From an uncultured Mycoplasmatota bacterium (GTDB lineage Bacteria > Bacillota_I > Bacilli_A > RF39 > UBA660), in NCBI GenBank assembly GCA_946497955.1, contig CAMMMH010000004.1:12314-76313 (forward strand): 64,000 nt of DNA. Direction: 5' to 3'. Positions 44,927 through 54,364 of this stretch are shown piece by piece. The translations under genes and the position numbers were made by a program. The notes beneath the pieces are model-generated. The model did no database searches and was not told the DNA's origin. It saw only the letters and a program-made list of their open reading frames with translations. Every line of letters begins with the position of its first letter. Position 1 is the first letter of the stretch.

Positions 44927-45578
44927 ATGTTTTTCCTCCTTCAACTATCTTTATTATACCATTATTATCAAAAGTAACACTATAATTATTTGTATTTAAG
45001 CCATTACTTAAGGCAATACTATTAAAACTATTAATTAAATTGTTAAGATAAACATCATCTAAACTATCAACTTTAACATAATAACTAACAGAGTAGTATC
45101 CTGTATTATAAATATTACCTTCTAAGATATCTATCGCTTCAGCTTTGCTATACTTATCTAAATCTTTAAACTCTATCTTAATGTTTTGAAAGTTAGTATT
45201 TTTAAAAATCTCTTTATATTTATCTAAAACCTCTTTACTAGCATTCTTCAACACTTCTTTACCTTTTACATAATTCTCTTTATAATTATCAGTTATCTTA
45301 TTATTTAAAGAAGTAATAGTAAAATTTAACTCTTCATAATCTTTATTATAATAAGTAATACTATAACTATTATCATCTTTACTATATTTTAAGTCTCCAC
45401 AAGATACATCTAAACCCTTATAGTTTTCTTCATAATAAGTATTAATATCTTCTTCTACAGTCTTAGACTTTATACTAGGTACTTTTTCTCTAACAATAAT
45501 AATACCAAAAAAGATAATTACAAGGCCAAAAAGCAATGCTTGTCCTAACATTAAACTATTCATTTTTCTTTTACTCAT
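44919..45578 (-). CDS. hypothetical N-terminally anchored protein
   Basis: TM helix 'ALLFGLVIIFFGIIIV'. Start moved to ATG 45578 (MSKRKMN). Confidence 0.5.
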   Translation of the reverse strand: MSKRKMNSLMLGQALLFGLVIIFFGIIIVREKVPSIKSKTVEEDINTYYEENYKGLDVSCGDLKYSKDDNSYSITYYNKDYEELNFTITSLNNKITDNYKENYVKGKEVLKNASKEVLDKYKEIFKNTNFQNIKIEFKDLDKYSKAEAIDILEGNIYNTGYYSVSYYVKVDSLDDVYLNNLINSFNSIALSNGLNTNNYSVTFDNNGIIKIVEGGKTYE

Positions 45579-45718
45579 ATAACTCACTATCCATTCATTT
45601 ATTATTTTACCAAAACCTTTAAATATAAGCAATTATGTGTTATACTAAGCATGTCTTTTAACATAAATATTGACAATTTAATAATATATTTTATCATACA
45701 ATTAGAAAGGGTGATAAT

Positions 45719-46480
45719 ATGTTTAAAATAGATAAGTTGAGTGTATTAATAAAAGATACTGATAGAAAGATTTTAAAAGACTTTTCTCTTACCATAAATG
45801 ATGGAGAAATACATGCTATTATGGGACCTAATGGCGTAGGTAAGAGTACTTTATCTAAAGTAATAATGCACCATCCTGATTATGTTATTAATGCTGGTAC
45901 CATTACTTATAATGATAAAGTTCTTAATAACCTAACTACTGATGAAATAGCAAGACTAGGAATATATTTACTTATGCAAGACCCATCTATTATTGATGGT
46001 GTAAGTAATAGTGAAGCTTTAAGAACTGCTTTAAAAGAAAGAGGTAGTGATACTAATTTATATACTTTTATTACTAAGATGAAAAAAGAATTAGACTCCC
46101 TAAATCTACCAAAAGATGTTATGCATAGGTCTATTAATAAAGGTTTATCTGGTGGTGAAAGAAAGAAAAATGAAGTCTTAGGACTAAAAGTCTTAACACC
46201 TAGTTTTATTATTTTAGATGAATTAGATAGTGGACTAGATGTAGACAGTCTAAAAGTAGTTGCCAAAAACATTAATGAATATTTAAAAGAACATCAAGAT
46301 ACCAGTGTCTTAATTATTACTCATTATAGTAGAGTTCTAGATTTAATTAAACCAGATTTTGTTCATGAAATGAAAGATGGTAAGATAATCAAAACAGGAG
46401 ATATTACTCTTGCCAAACAAATAGAAAAAACAGGTTTTACTGGGGTAAATGAAGTGGAGTCAAGTGAAAATCATGAATAA
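45719..46480 (+). CDS. sufC: Fe-S cluster assembly ATPase SufC
   Basis: 'GPNGVGKSTL', 'LSGGERKKNE' and 'ILDELDSGLD'. First gene of the sufCDSUB order. Confidence 0.9.
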   Translation: MFKIDKLSVLIKDTDRKILKDFSLTINDGEIHAIMGPNGVGKSTLSKVIMHHPDYVINAGTITYNDKVLNNLTTDEIARLGIYLLMQDPSIIDGVSNSEALRTALKERGSDTNLYTFITKMKKELDSLNLPKDVMHRSINKGLSGGERKKNEVLGLKVLTPSFIILDELDSGLDVDSLKVVAKNINEYLKEHQDTSVLIITHYSRVLDLIKPDFVHEMKDGKIIKTGDITLAKQIEKTGFTGVNEVESSENHE

Positions 46481-47144
46481 TATATTATTAGATAGTACAG
46501 TTTGTTTTAATAAAGAAGGTACTTTTAAACTAGAACTAGATAAAGATACTACTATTAATATTGAAAGTGATAATGTAAAACTATATCTTGTAACAAAAAA
46601 TAATATAAAAGTTGATTTTAATATTAAAAGTTCTACAACTATTTATAATATTACAGAAGAAAGTATTACTGTTAATATTAATATCTATAACAAAGCTAAA
46701 CTAGATTTTTATAATATGACTGTTACTGATAAAAAGATAACTAATGAAGTAAATGTTTATCATCAAAATAAAGAGACTATAAGTAATGTTATATGTCATG
46801 GTATTAGTTATGATAAAGGAGATTTAAAGTTTAGTGTTAATGGCTATATTAAAAAGGGTATGATAGGTTCTATTTGTAATCAGTCCAGTAGAATAATTAA
46901 CTTAGATGAGGGTAAGAGTTTAATAGAACCAAATCTCTTTATCGATGAGTTTGATTCTGTTGCCAATCACTCTGCCTATACAGGCCCCTTTGATAATAAG
47001 TTATTATTCTATTTAGAAACAAAAGGAATAAGTAAGAAAGAATCTTTTAATCTTCTTTTAAATGGATTTATGAAGATGGTAGAGTTACCTAAAGATTATG
47101 AGAGTGTACTTGATAATATTTTAGATAAAGTAATGAGGAGGTGA
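46473..47144 (+). CDS. sufD: Fe-S cluster assembly protein SufD (short form)
   Basis: Beta-helix-like repeats, C-terminal 'ANHSAYTGPFDNKLLFYLETKGISKKES' and its position between sufC and sufS. Confidence 0.7.
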   Translation: MNNILLDSTVCFNKEGTFKLELDKDTTINIESDNVKLYLVTKNNIKVDFNIKSSTTIYNITEESITVNINIYNKAKLDFYNMTVTDKKITNEVNVYHQNKETISNVICHGISYDKGDLKFSVNGYIKKGMIGSICNQSSRIINLDEGKSLIEPNLFIDEFDSVANHSAYTGPFDNKLLFYLETKGISKKESFNLLLNGFMKMVELPKDYESVLDNILDKVMRR

Positions 47145-48346
47145 TTATTATTAATCGTGAAGATTTTCCTATTTTAAATAATGATATAATATATTTTGAT
47201 AATGGAGCGACTACTCTAAAACCTAAATGTGTAGTTGAAGCGATGAATGATTATTACTATAATTATGGAGCAAATATTCATAGAGGAGATTATAAAATAT
47301 CTTTAAGAGCAAGTGAAGAATATGAAAAAGTTAGAGATAAAGTAAAAGACTTTATAAATGCTAAAAGTAGTAAAGAAATAGTTTTTACAGCAGGTGATAC
47401 AGATTCTCTTAATAAGATAGTCTTTGGCTTTATGAAAGATTATTTAAACGAAGGTGATGAAGTCTTACTTACAAAAAGTGAACATGCCTCAAACGTCTTA
47501 CCTTGGTTAGAGTTATCTAAAGAAAAAAAGATAAAGATAAGTTATATACCTTTAAATGATAATCATGAATTAACTCTAGAAGCTTTAACTGATACTATAA
47601 CAGATAAAACTAAAGTAATCTCTATCGCTCATATTACTAACGTTGTAGGAGATGTAAGAAATATTCATGAGATAAGTAAAATCGCTCATAAAAACAATAT
47701 AATATTAGTAGTAGATGGTGCCCAAAGTGTTCCTCATATGAAAACAGATGTTATTAAAGACGATATTGACTTTTTAACATTTTCAGTTCACAAAATGTTA
47801 GGACCAACTGGAGTAGGGGTACTTTATGCTAAAGAAGAATATTTAGAAAAGATGAGACCTATAGAATATGGGGGAGGCATGAATCAATATTTTGAAGTAA
47901 CAGGAGAAGTAGAGTATAAGAGCATTCCAACAAGATTTGAAGCTGGAACTCCTCCTATCGCTGAAGTAATAGGATTAGGCTCTGCCATTGATTATTTACA
48001 AACAATTGGTATGGATAAAATCTATGAATACGAAAAAGAACTAAAGAGATATCTTGTCTCTAAACTAGAAAGTAATACTAAAGTAATTTTATATAACAAA
48101 AGTACTGATAGTGGTGTCCTAGCATTTAATCTAGAAGGAATATTTAGTCAAGATACAGCCATTTACCTAGACCATTATAATATCTGTGTAAGAGCAGGTA
48201 ATCATTGTGCCAAAATCTTAAAAGATGAAATAAATATTAAAAATACTTGTCGTATCAGTTTATATTTTTATAATACTAAAGAAGAAATAGATAAGTTAGT
48301 AGAAGTCTTAGAAAAGTCTGATGATTTATTTAAAGTAATATTGTAG
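47141..48346 (+). CDS. sufS: cysteine desulfurase SufS
   Basis: 'FDNGATTLKP', PLP site 'FSVHKMLGPTGVG' and active-site loop 'RAGNHCA'. The start codon is uncertain (see findings). Confidence 0.9.
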   Translation: MIIINREDFPILNNDIIYFDNGATTLKPKCVVEAMNDYYYNYGANIHRGDYKISLRASEEYEKVRDKVKDFINAKSSKEIVFTAGDTDSLNKIVFGFMKDYLNEGDEVLLTKSEHASNVLPWLELSKEKKIKISYIPLNDNHELTLEALTDTITDKTKVISIAHITNVVGDVRNIHEISKIAHKNNIILVVDGAQSVPHMKTDVIKDDIDFLTFSVHKMLGPTGVGVLYAKEEYLEKMRPIEYGGGMNQYFEVTGEVEYKSIPTRFEAGTPPIAEVIGLGSAIDYLQTIGMDKIYEYEKELKRYLVSKLESNTKVILYNKSTDSGVLAFNLEGIFSQDTAIYLDHYNICVRAGNHCAKILKDEINIKNTCRISLYFYNTKEEIDKLVEVLEKSDDLFKVIL

Positions 48347-48355
48347 GAGGTATTT

Positions 48356-48787
48356 ATGGATGCAGAATTAAAAAGAGAAATAATACTAGATAATTATAAT
48401 AATCCTTATCATAAAGGACTAAAAAATGAAAGTGGTTATAAAAAAGCGAATACTAATAATGAATCTTGTATTGATAATATCGATATAGAACTAAAAATAG
48501 AAGATGGTAAGGTAGTAGATGCTAACTTTGATGGTGAAGCATGTGCAATCTCAACTTCTGCTACCTCTATTTTCTTAAGAAAAATAATAGGGAAGAGTGT
48601 TGATGAAGTTAAAGATTTAATAGAAAACTATGAACATCTAATCGATGAAAAAAATTATGATGAAGAAAAATTAGGTGAACTTATGGCTTATGACACTATC
48701 TATATGCAACCTAATAGAAAACACTGTGCCCTTCTTCCTGTCGATACAATTAATAAGATTCTAAAGGAGGAAAATAGTGGAGATTAA
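48356..48787 (+). CDS. sufU: Fe-S cluster assembly sulfur-transfer protein SufU
   Basis: 'NPYHKG', 'SCIDNI', 'GEACAISTSATS' and 'RKHCALLP'. Confidence 0.85.
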   Translation: MDAELKREIILDNYNNPYHKGLKNESGYKKANTNNESCIDNIDIELKIEDGKVVDANFDGEACAISTSATSIFLRKIIGKSVDEVKDLIENYEHLIDEKNYDEEKLGELMAYDTIYMQPNRKHCALLPVDTINKILKEENSGD

Positions 48788-50087
48788 GGGACTAACCAAA
48801 GAGAATATTTTAAAAATATCAGAACATAAAAAAGAAGCAGATTGGGTCAAGGATTATCGATTAAAGTCATATGAATATTTTGAAAAAATGAATAAAGACT
48901 TGCCTTTTGGGCCTAAGTTTAAACTTAACTTTGATGATATTATTTACTATAAGAGTGCAACTGATGAATTAACTGATGACTGGTCTAAAGTAATGAAGCC
49001 AATTAAAAGTGAATTAGATAAACTAGGTGTCCTTGAAAGTGAACAATATATGGCTGGTATGGGTGTTCAATATGAAAGTGAAGTAATCTATCATAATATG
49101 CTTAAAGAACTTACTGACAAAAAAGTAATCTTTACATCAATTGATAATGCCATTAAAGAGCATCCTGACCTTGTTAAAAAATACTTTGGCAAGATAGTTA
49201 AAAACACAGATAATTTATACGCAGCCTTAAATGGTTCTGTATTTTCAGGAGGAAGTTTTATTTATATACCACCTCATACTAAACTAGATAGACCACTACA
49301 AAGTTACTTTAGAATTAATAGTAAAGGAATGGGGCAGTTTGAAAGAACTTTAATTATTGTCGATGATAATAGTGAACTTCATTATATCGAAGGATGTACC
49401 GCTCCTACTTATGCTACTTCATCACTTCACGCTGCCGTTGTTGAAATCTATGTTGGAAGAAACAGTAAATGTCGTTATACTACTATTCAAAACTGGGCTC
49501 CTAATGTTTATAACCTAGTTACTAAAAGAGCCTTAGTCGAAGAAAATGGTACAATGGAGTGGATTGATGGTAATATCGGTAGTGCTTTAACTATGAAATA
49601 TCCTTGTTGTATCTTAAAAGGAGATAATTCTACTGGTACTTGCATTAGTATCGCTGTCGCTAGTAATAATCAAATCCAAGATACAGGAGCTAGAATGATT
49701 CATTTAGGTAAAAATACTAACAGTAAGATAATCTCTAAAAGTATTGCAAGAGGTGGAGGTAATGCCACATATCGTGGAGATGTTAAGATTAAAGAAGATG
49801 CCACTAACTCATACTCTATGATAAAATGCGACACTTTAATACTAGATAAAGATAGTGTAAGTGATACTATACCTACAAATATAGTCTCTAATAACACTAG
49901 TACTATTGAACATGAAGCGACTGTTTCTAAGATAAATGATACTAATATTTTCTATTTAGAAAGTAAAGGAATACCTAAAGAAACTTGTGAAGAATTAATC
50001 GTTTTAGGCTTTCTAGAAGAGTTTAGAAAAGAACTACCTATGGAGTATGCTGTAGAACTAAATCAACTTTTGAAAAAAAACTTGTAA
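48777..50087 (+). CDS. sufB: Fe-S cluster assembly scaffold SufB
   Basis: 'FSGGSFIYIP', 'ERTLIIVDDNSELHYIEGC' and 'EHEATVSKI'. GTG start after an AAGGAGG SD. Confidence 0.9.
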   Translation: MEIKGLTKENILKISEHKKEADWVKDYRLKSYEYFEKMNKDLPFGPKFKLNFDDIIYYKSATDELTDDWSKVMKPIKSELDKLGVLESEQYMAGMGVQYESEVIYHNMLKELTDKKVIFTSIDNAIKEHPDLVKKYFGKIVKNTDNLYAALNGSVFSGGSFIYIPPHTKLDRPLQSYFRINSKGMGQFERTLIIVDDNSELHYIEGCTAPTYATSSLHAAVVEIYVGRNSKCRYTTIQNWAPNVYNLVTKRALVEENGTMEWIDGNIGSALTMKYPCCILKGDNSTGTCISIAVASNNQIQDTGARMIHLGKNTNSKIISKSIARGGGNATYRGDVKIKEDATNSYSMIKCDTLILDKDSVSDTIPTNIVSNNTSTIEHEATVSKINDTNIFYLESKGIPKETCEELIVLGFLEEFRKELPMEYAVELNQLLKKNL

Positions 50088-50238
50088 TTTTGCAAATTCA
50101 AGACATTTTAGCTTCGAATTTTTAAAAAGTCCCTAGTGAAAATTGAAAATTGAGAGCAAAAAAGTCTTGAATTTTTAATTTTCTCTTTTTGCATAGATTT
50201 TAAAACTGTGCTACCTTAGTTGCGAAAGGAGGAATTGT

Positions 50239-50586
50239 ATGTTAAATAGCTTAATTTTAGTAGGCCGTCTAACTAAAGATATCGACATTAAAGAAACAGA
50301 ATCTGGTAAGAAAGTAGGCACTCTTTCTTTAGCAGTACCACGTTCTTTTAAGAATATGGATGGTGTTTATGAGACTGACTTTATAAACTGTACTCTTTGG
50401 GAAGAGAAAGCTAAACTTACTAAAGAGTATTGTAAAGTTGGAGATATTGTAGGTATTAGAGGACGACTTCAAAGTAATATTATTAAGACAGAAGAAGGCT
50501 CAAGATACTTTTTAGAAGTAGTTGCAGATAAAGTCACTTTTCTGTCAAATAAGAAGAAAAACAATGTCAAGAATACCGATAATTAG
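50239..50586 (+). CDS. ssb: single-stranded DNA-binding protein lacking the acidic C-terminal tip (SsbB-like)
   Basis: OB-fold 'LILVGRLTKDIDIKETESGKKVGTLSLAVPRSF...DFINCTLWEEKA'. It ends '...KKNNVKNTDN' with no DDD(I/L)PF tail. Confidence 0.75.
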   Translation: MLNSLILVGRLTKDIDIKETESGKKVGTLSLAVPRSFKNMDGVYETDFINCTLWEEKAKLTKEYCKVGDIVGIRGRLQSNIIKTEEGSRYFLEVVADKVTFLSNKKKNNVKNTDN

Positions 50587-50687
50587 CCATTTTTAGACTT
50601 ATTTTTCAATAATTTTGAATTTTTAGTTGACTTTTGCTATTAAAAAGATTTATAGTTTAGTAAACAATTAATTAAGGAGAGACAAAT

Positions 50688-51044
50688 ATGCTTTTAAGTA
50701 AACGTTTAAAAGAGTTGCGTATCTCAAACGGATTAACGCAACGAGAGTTGGGCGAGCGTGTAAATGTTACAAAAGTAAGTATTTGTTGTTATGAAAACGG
50801 CACAAGAGTCCCAACTTTAGACACATTAACTAAATTAGGAAAGGTATTAGATGTAGATGTTGATTATCTATTAGGCTATGATAATCCTGTTAAGCCTAAA
50901 GGTAAAAATAAAAATATTACTAGTATGGCTAAAGAAGAGATAGACTTCATTAAAGAATTAAGAGAAATAGAATCTCTTCATCAATTAATATTAGAAGATC
51001 CTAAAAAGGCTCTTGAGCTTATAAGTAAGAGGTTAGCTAACTAA
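50688..51044 (+). CDS. XRE-family HTH transcriptional regulator
   Basis: 'LKELRISNGLTQRELGERVNVTKVSICCYENGTRVPTLDTLTKLGKVLDVDVDYLLG'. Confidence 0.8.
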   Translation: MLLSKRLKELRISNGLTQRELGERVNVTKVSICCYENGTRVPTLDTLTKLGKVLDVDVDYLLGYDNPVKPKGKNKNITSMAKEEIDFIKELREIESLHQLILEDPKKALELISKRLAN

Positions 51045-51133
51045 TCTCTTTTTCTATTATAGAAAATGTAAAATATTGTGAAGTCTCTTGTAATTATAAT
51101 TTTTTTTAACTATTATTAAATTAGGTGATGATA

Positions 51134-52357
51134 ATGATATTAGATATAATAAGTAAGAAAGCTAATAATTATGAACTAACTAAAGAAGAATTAGAAACGA
51201 TTCTTTTGGGATATTTAAATGATGAAGTAAAAGACTATCAAATGAGTGCTTTTCTAATGGCAATATGTATTAATGATATGAGCGACAGTGAGGTATTCGC
51301 TCTTACTGATATTTTTATTAAAAGTGGAGATATCCTAGATTTAAGTTTTATAGATAAAATTAAAGTAGATAAACACTCCACAGGTGGCGTAGGAGATAAA
51401 ACTACTTTAATCGTCGCACCTTTGGTAGCAAGTTGTGGAGTTCCCGTTATTAAAATGAGTGGCAGAGGCTTAGGTTATACAGGAGGTACTATAGATAAGT
51501 TAGAGTCAATTCCTGGCTTTAAAGTAGATTTAACAGAAGAAGAGATAAAAAAACAAGCCCAAGATATAGGAATTGTTATAACTAGTCAAACTAAAGACCT
51601 TGCCCCTTTAGATAAAAAAGTATATGCCCTTCGTGATGTAACTGCAACTACTAATTCTATACCTTTAATCGCTAGTAGTATTATGAGTAAAAAAATAGCA
51701 GGTGGAGCGGATAAGATAGTTATAGATATTAAAGTAGGAAATGGAGCTTTAATTAAAACAATAGAAGAAGCTGAAAGATTATCTAGCTTATTAATTAAAA
51801 TAGGTACATATTATCAAAAAGAAGTTAGAACAGTTATATCTAATATGGATAGACCTCTAGGACATAACATTGGTAATAAATTAGAAGTCATAGAAGCTCT
51901 TGATGTTTTAAAAGGAAATGCTAAAGGAGAACTTCTAGATTTATCTCTTAAATTAGCTAGCGAAATGGTATCTTTAGGCAAAGAGATTTCTGAAAAGAAA
52001 GCTAGGGAAGAAGTTGTTGAAAATTTAGAAAATGGAAAAGCGTTAAATAAATTTTTAGAATTTGTTAAATATCAGCATGGTAATATTGATAAATTAGAAG
52101 TAGATGCTAAAGTCTACAATATAAAAGCTAATAAAAATGGCATATTAAAAGATATTAATGCTTTAGCAATTGCCAAACTAAGTGAAAAATTAGGAGCAGG
52201 AAGGAAAGATAAGGATGACAAAATAGATTATAATGCAGGAATTGTTATTAAAAAAGAAATAGGTGACAAAATAAAAGAAGGAGATATTTTAGCCAGTTTG
52301 TATACAAATATTGACAACAAAGAATTTAATCTTGAAAGAATCTTTGAAATTTCTTGA
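51134..52357 (+). CDS. pdp: pyrimidine-nucleoside (thymidine) phosphorylase
   Basis: 'MSAFLMAI' and 'DKHSTGGVGDKTTL'. Start at ATG 51134 after an AGGTGA SD. Confidence 0.9.
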   Translation: MILDIISKKANNYELTKEELETILLGYLNDEVKDYQMSAFLMAICINDMSDSEVFALTDIFIKSGDILDLSFIDKIKVDKHSTGGVGDKTTLIVAPLVASCGVPVIKMSGRGLGYTGGTIDKLESIPGFKVDLTEEEIKKQAQDIGIVITSQTKDLAPLDKKVYALRDVTATTNSIPLIASSIMSKKIAGGADKIVIDIKVGNGALIKTIEEAERLSSLLIKIGTYYQKEVRTVISNMDRPLGHNIGNKLEVIEALDVLKGNAKGELLDLSLKLASEMVSLGKEISEKKAREEVVENLENGKALNKFLEFVKYQHGNIDKLEVDAKVYNIKANKNGILKDINALAIAKLSEKLGAGRKDKDDKIDYNAGIVIKKEIGDKIKEGDILASLYTNIDNKEFNLERIFEIS

Positions 52358-52404
52358 AAAAAATAATTCCTTTTGTTATACTCTATATAAGGTAAGGTGA
52401 TTAT

Positions 52405-53700
52405 ATGAGTTCTAAAATGAATCAGAGAAGTCAAATAAAGAAAAGTAAAACTAAAAGGAGCGAAGATAAAATGGAGAAGGCCATGAATGACGTAAAAAAA
52501 ATAGGTATTATATCTTGTTGCCTAGTAGCAGTATTACTGGTAATAGGAGTGTTTATTGATGCTGATGAAAGCTATGCTGCAGGATTCTTAGAACAACTAC
52601 CAGATAGCTTCTATTCAGGAAAGACTACAGAAATGCAACATTTAATAAGTGATATATCATTACCAAGAGAATTTTATGGAACTAGTGGTAATGATAGATT
52701 GAGTTACATTTATTGTATGGATCATCGTCTTGGCATGATAGGTGCTACTGTAGATAATCCAAGCCTTGCTCATTTATATGAGAAGGGGTCATCTGTTAAA
52801 TCAAGTTTTAGTTTAGGAGAAAGTGGACGCAGTACAACTTATAATGGCTTGATTTATATCCTACAAAACGATACTATTACAGGAGATGGAGCTACTGATT
52901 ATTACATTACTCAACTTGCTGTATGGTGGTATTTAGATAGAGCAAATGGTTTTGATGATGATTACAATTATACTTCTTATGATTTATCTAGTGCTACAAC
53001 TAGCGAAGAAAATAAATATGATAGTGGTGGTAATTATACTTTCTATAACAATATATCAGCAGCTGATAAAGACACAATTGCAGCCGATTCCAATTATGGA
53101 CAATATGTAGTTAACTTAGTAAATGGTGCAGTTGCTAATCAAAATAATTATAATGGCAGTCTTGGTACTCAAGATATTACAATAGATACATCTAATATTA
53201 CATATACAATAAATAATGATTACTTAGAAACTAATGTAATTAGACCTACTAGTACTAATGCTAGTCTTGAAAGTTATTCAATTCAAATTAATAATTCTGT
53301 TGGTAATGTAGAAATACTTGATGAAAATAATAATCCACTTAGTGCTAATAATATTAGTGCTACTCAAGGATTTAAACTAAGGGTACCAATTAGTGAAGTT
53401 CAAACTGAAAATTTTAAAGCAAACATTACAGTTGTAGGATATTTTTCAAACTTTTATGACGCTTATGTTTATAATCCTAATCCAACTGATCACTCTGGAG
53501 TACAATTACAAAGAGCTTTACTTGGTCTTATTGAAAGACCATCAGCTCCTACAACAATTGATTTAGAAGCACCAACGATACCAGTTCCTAATACTAATAG
53601 TACATCTTACTTAATTTATGGAATTGGTGCACTAATTGTAATAGCAGGTATTGTCTTAATAGTTGTGGCTAAAAGACCAAATAATGCAAAGAAAAAATAA
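52405..53700 (+). CDS. surface-anchored adhesin with thioester (TQXA-type) domain and non-canonical sorting signal
   Basis: N-terminal signal/TM region, 'YIYCMDHRLG' (Cys) plus 'YYITQLAVWWY' (TQxAxW). The C-terminus reads 'PVPNTNSTS', then a hydrophobic helix, then 'KRPNNAKKK'. Confidence 0.65.
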   Translation: MSSKMNQRSQIKKSKTKRSEDKMEKAMNDVKKIGIISCCLVAVLLVIGVFIDADESYAAGFLEQLPDSFYSGKTTEMQHLISDISLPREFYGTSGNDRLSYIYCMDHRLGMIGATVDNPSLAHLYEKGSSVKSSFSLGESGRSTTYNGLIYILQNDTITGDGATDYYITQLAVWWYLDRANGFDDDYNYTSYDLSSATTSEENKYDSGGNYTFYNNISAADKDTIAADSNYGQYVVNLVNGAVANQNNYNGSLGTQDITIDTSNITYTINNDYLETNVIRPTSTNASLESYSIQINNSVGNVEILDENNNPLSANNISATQGFKLRVPISEVQTENFKANITVVGYFSNFYDAYVYNPNPTDHSGVQLQRALLGLIERPSAPTTIDLEAPTIPVPNTNSTSYLIYGIGALIVIAGIVLIVVAKRPNNAKKK

Positions 53701-54343
53701 AAACATAAAAAGCCAACTCTTTAAAGTTGGCTTTTTCTTCCTTATAATAGGATTATTAGTGATTATTAGTAACCCTTTAAAGAAATTAAAAGAAGAAGTT
53801 TTCGAAGAAATGAGACTTGCTATTTTTCAGTCAAATATAAATAAAAATAATAATGATAACACAACTATTAATAATGTAAATACCGAAAATTTAGAGGTAA
53901 CTGTAGAAAATAATGAACAAGCAAAAGCAAATGATAAAAAAGCTAATTACTCATATATTGGAGAATTATCAATTCCTAAAATAAAACTTAGAAGAGGTTT
54001 TGTTTCTAAAGAATCTCGCTATAATAATATTGAGTATAATATAACAGTAGCTAATGAAGCTAATTATCCTGATGTTCCCCTTGGTAACTTTATCCTTATG
54101 GCTCACTCAGGTAATGCCTATATCTCATTCTTTGATAAACTATATAAATTACAAATAGGTGATGAAGCTAGTGTTAGTTATAATGCTGTTACCTATAATT
54201 ATCGCTTGACTAATATCTATAATCAAGCTAAAACGGGTACTGTAGCAATCTATCGTAATCCTAATGTTAAAACCTTAACATTAATTACTTGTACTCATAA
54301 TGATGATTATAATCAAACAATCTACATCTTTGAAGAAATATAA
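53684..54343 (+). CDS. sortase-family transpeptidase (atypical)
   Basis: N-terminal TM region, 'FILMAHSG' (catalytic His) and 'LTLITC' (TLxTC Cys). There is no Arg in the 16 residues after the Cys. Overlaps the end of the adhesin gene. Confidence 0.7.
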   Translation: MQRKNKNIKSQLFKVGFFFLIIGLLVIISNPLKKLKEEVFEEMRLAIFQSNINKNNNDNTTINNVNTENLEVTVENNEQAKANDKKANYSYIGELSIPKIKLRRGFVSKESRYNNIEYNITVANEANYPDVPLGNFILMAHSGNAYISFFDKLYKLQIGDEASVSYNAVTYNYRLTNIYNQAKTGTVAIYRNPNVKTLTLITCTHNDDYNQTIYIFEEI

Positions 54344-54364
54344 GAATAAAAAGGAGAAATGTTT

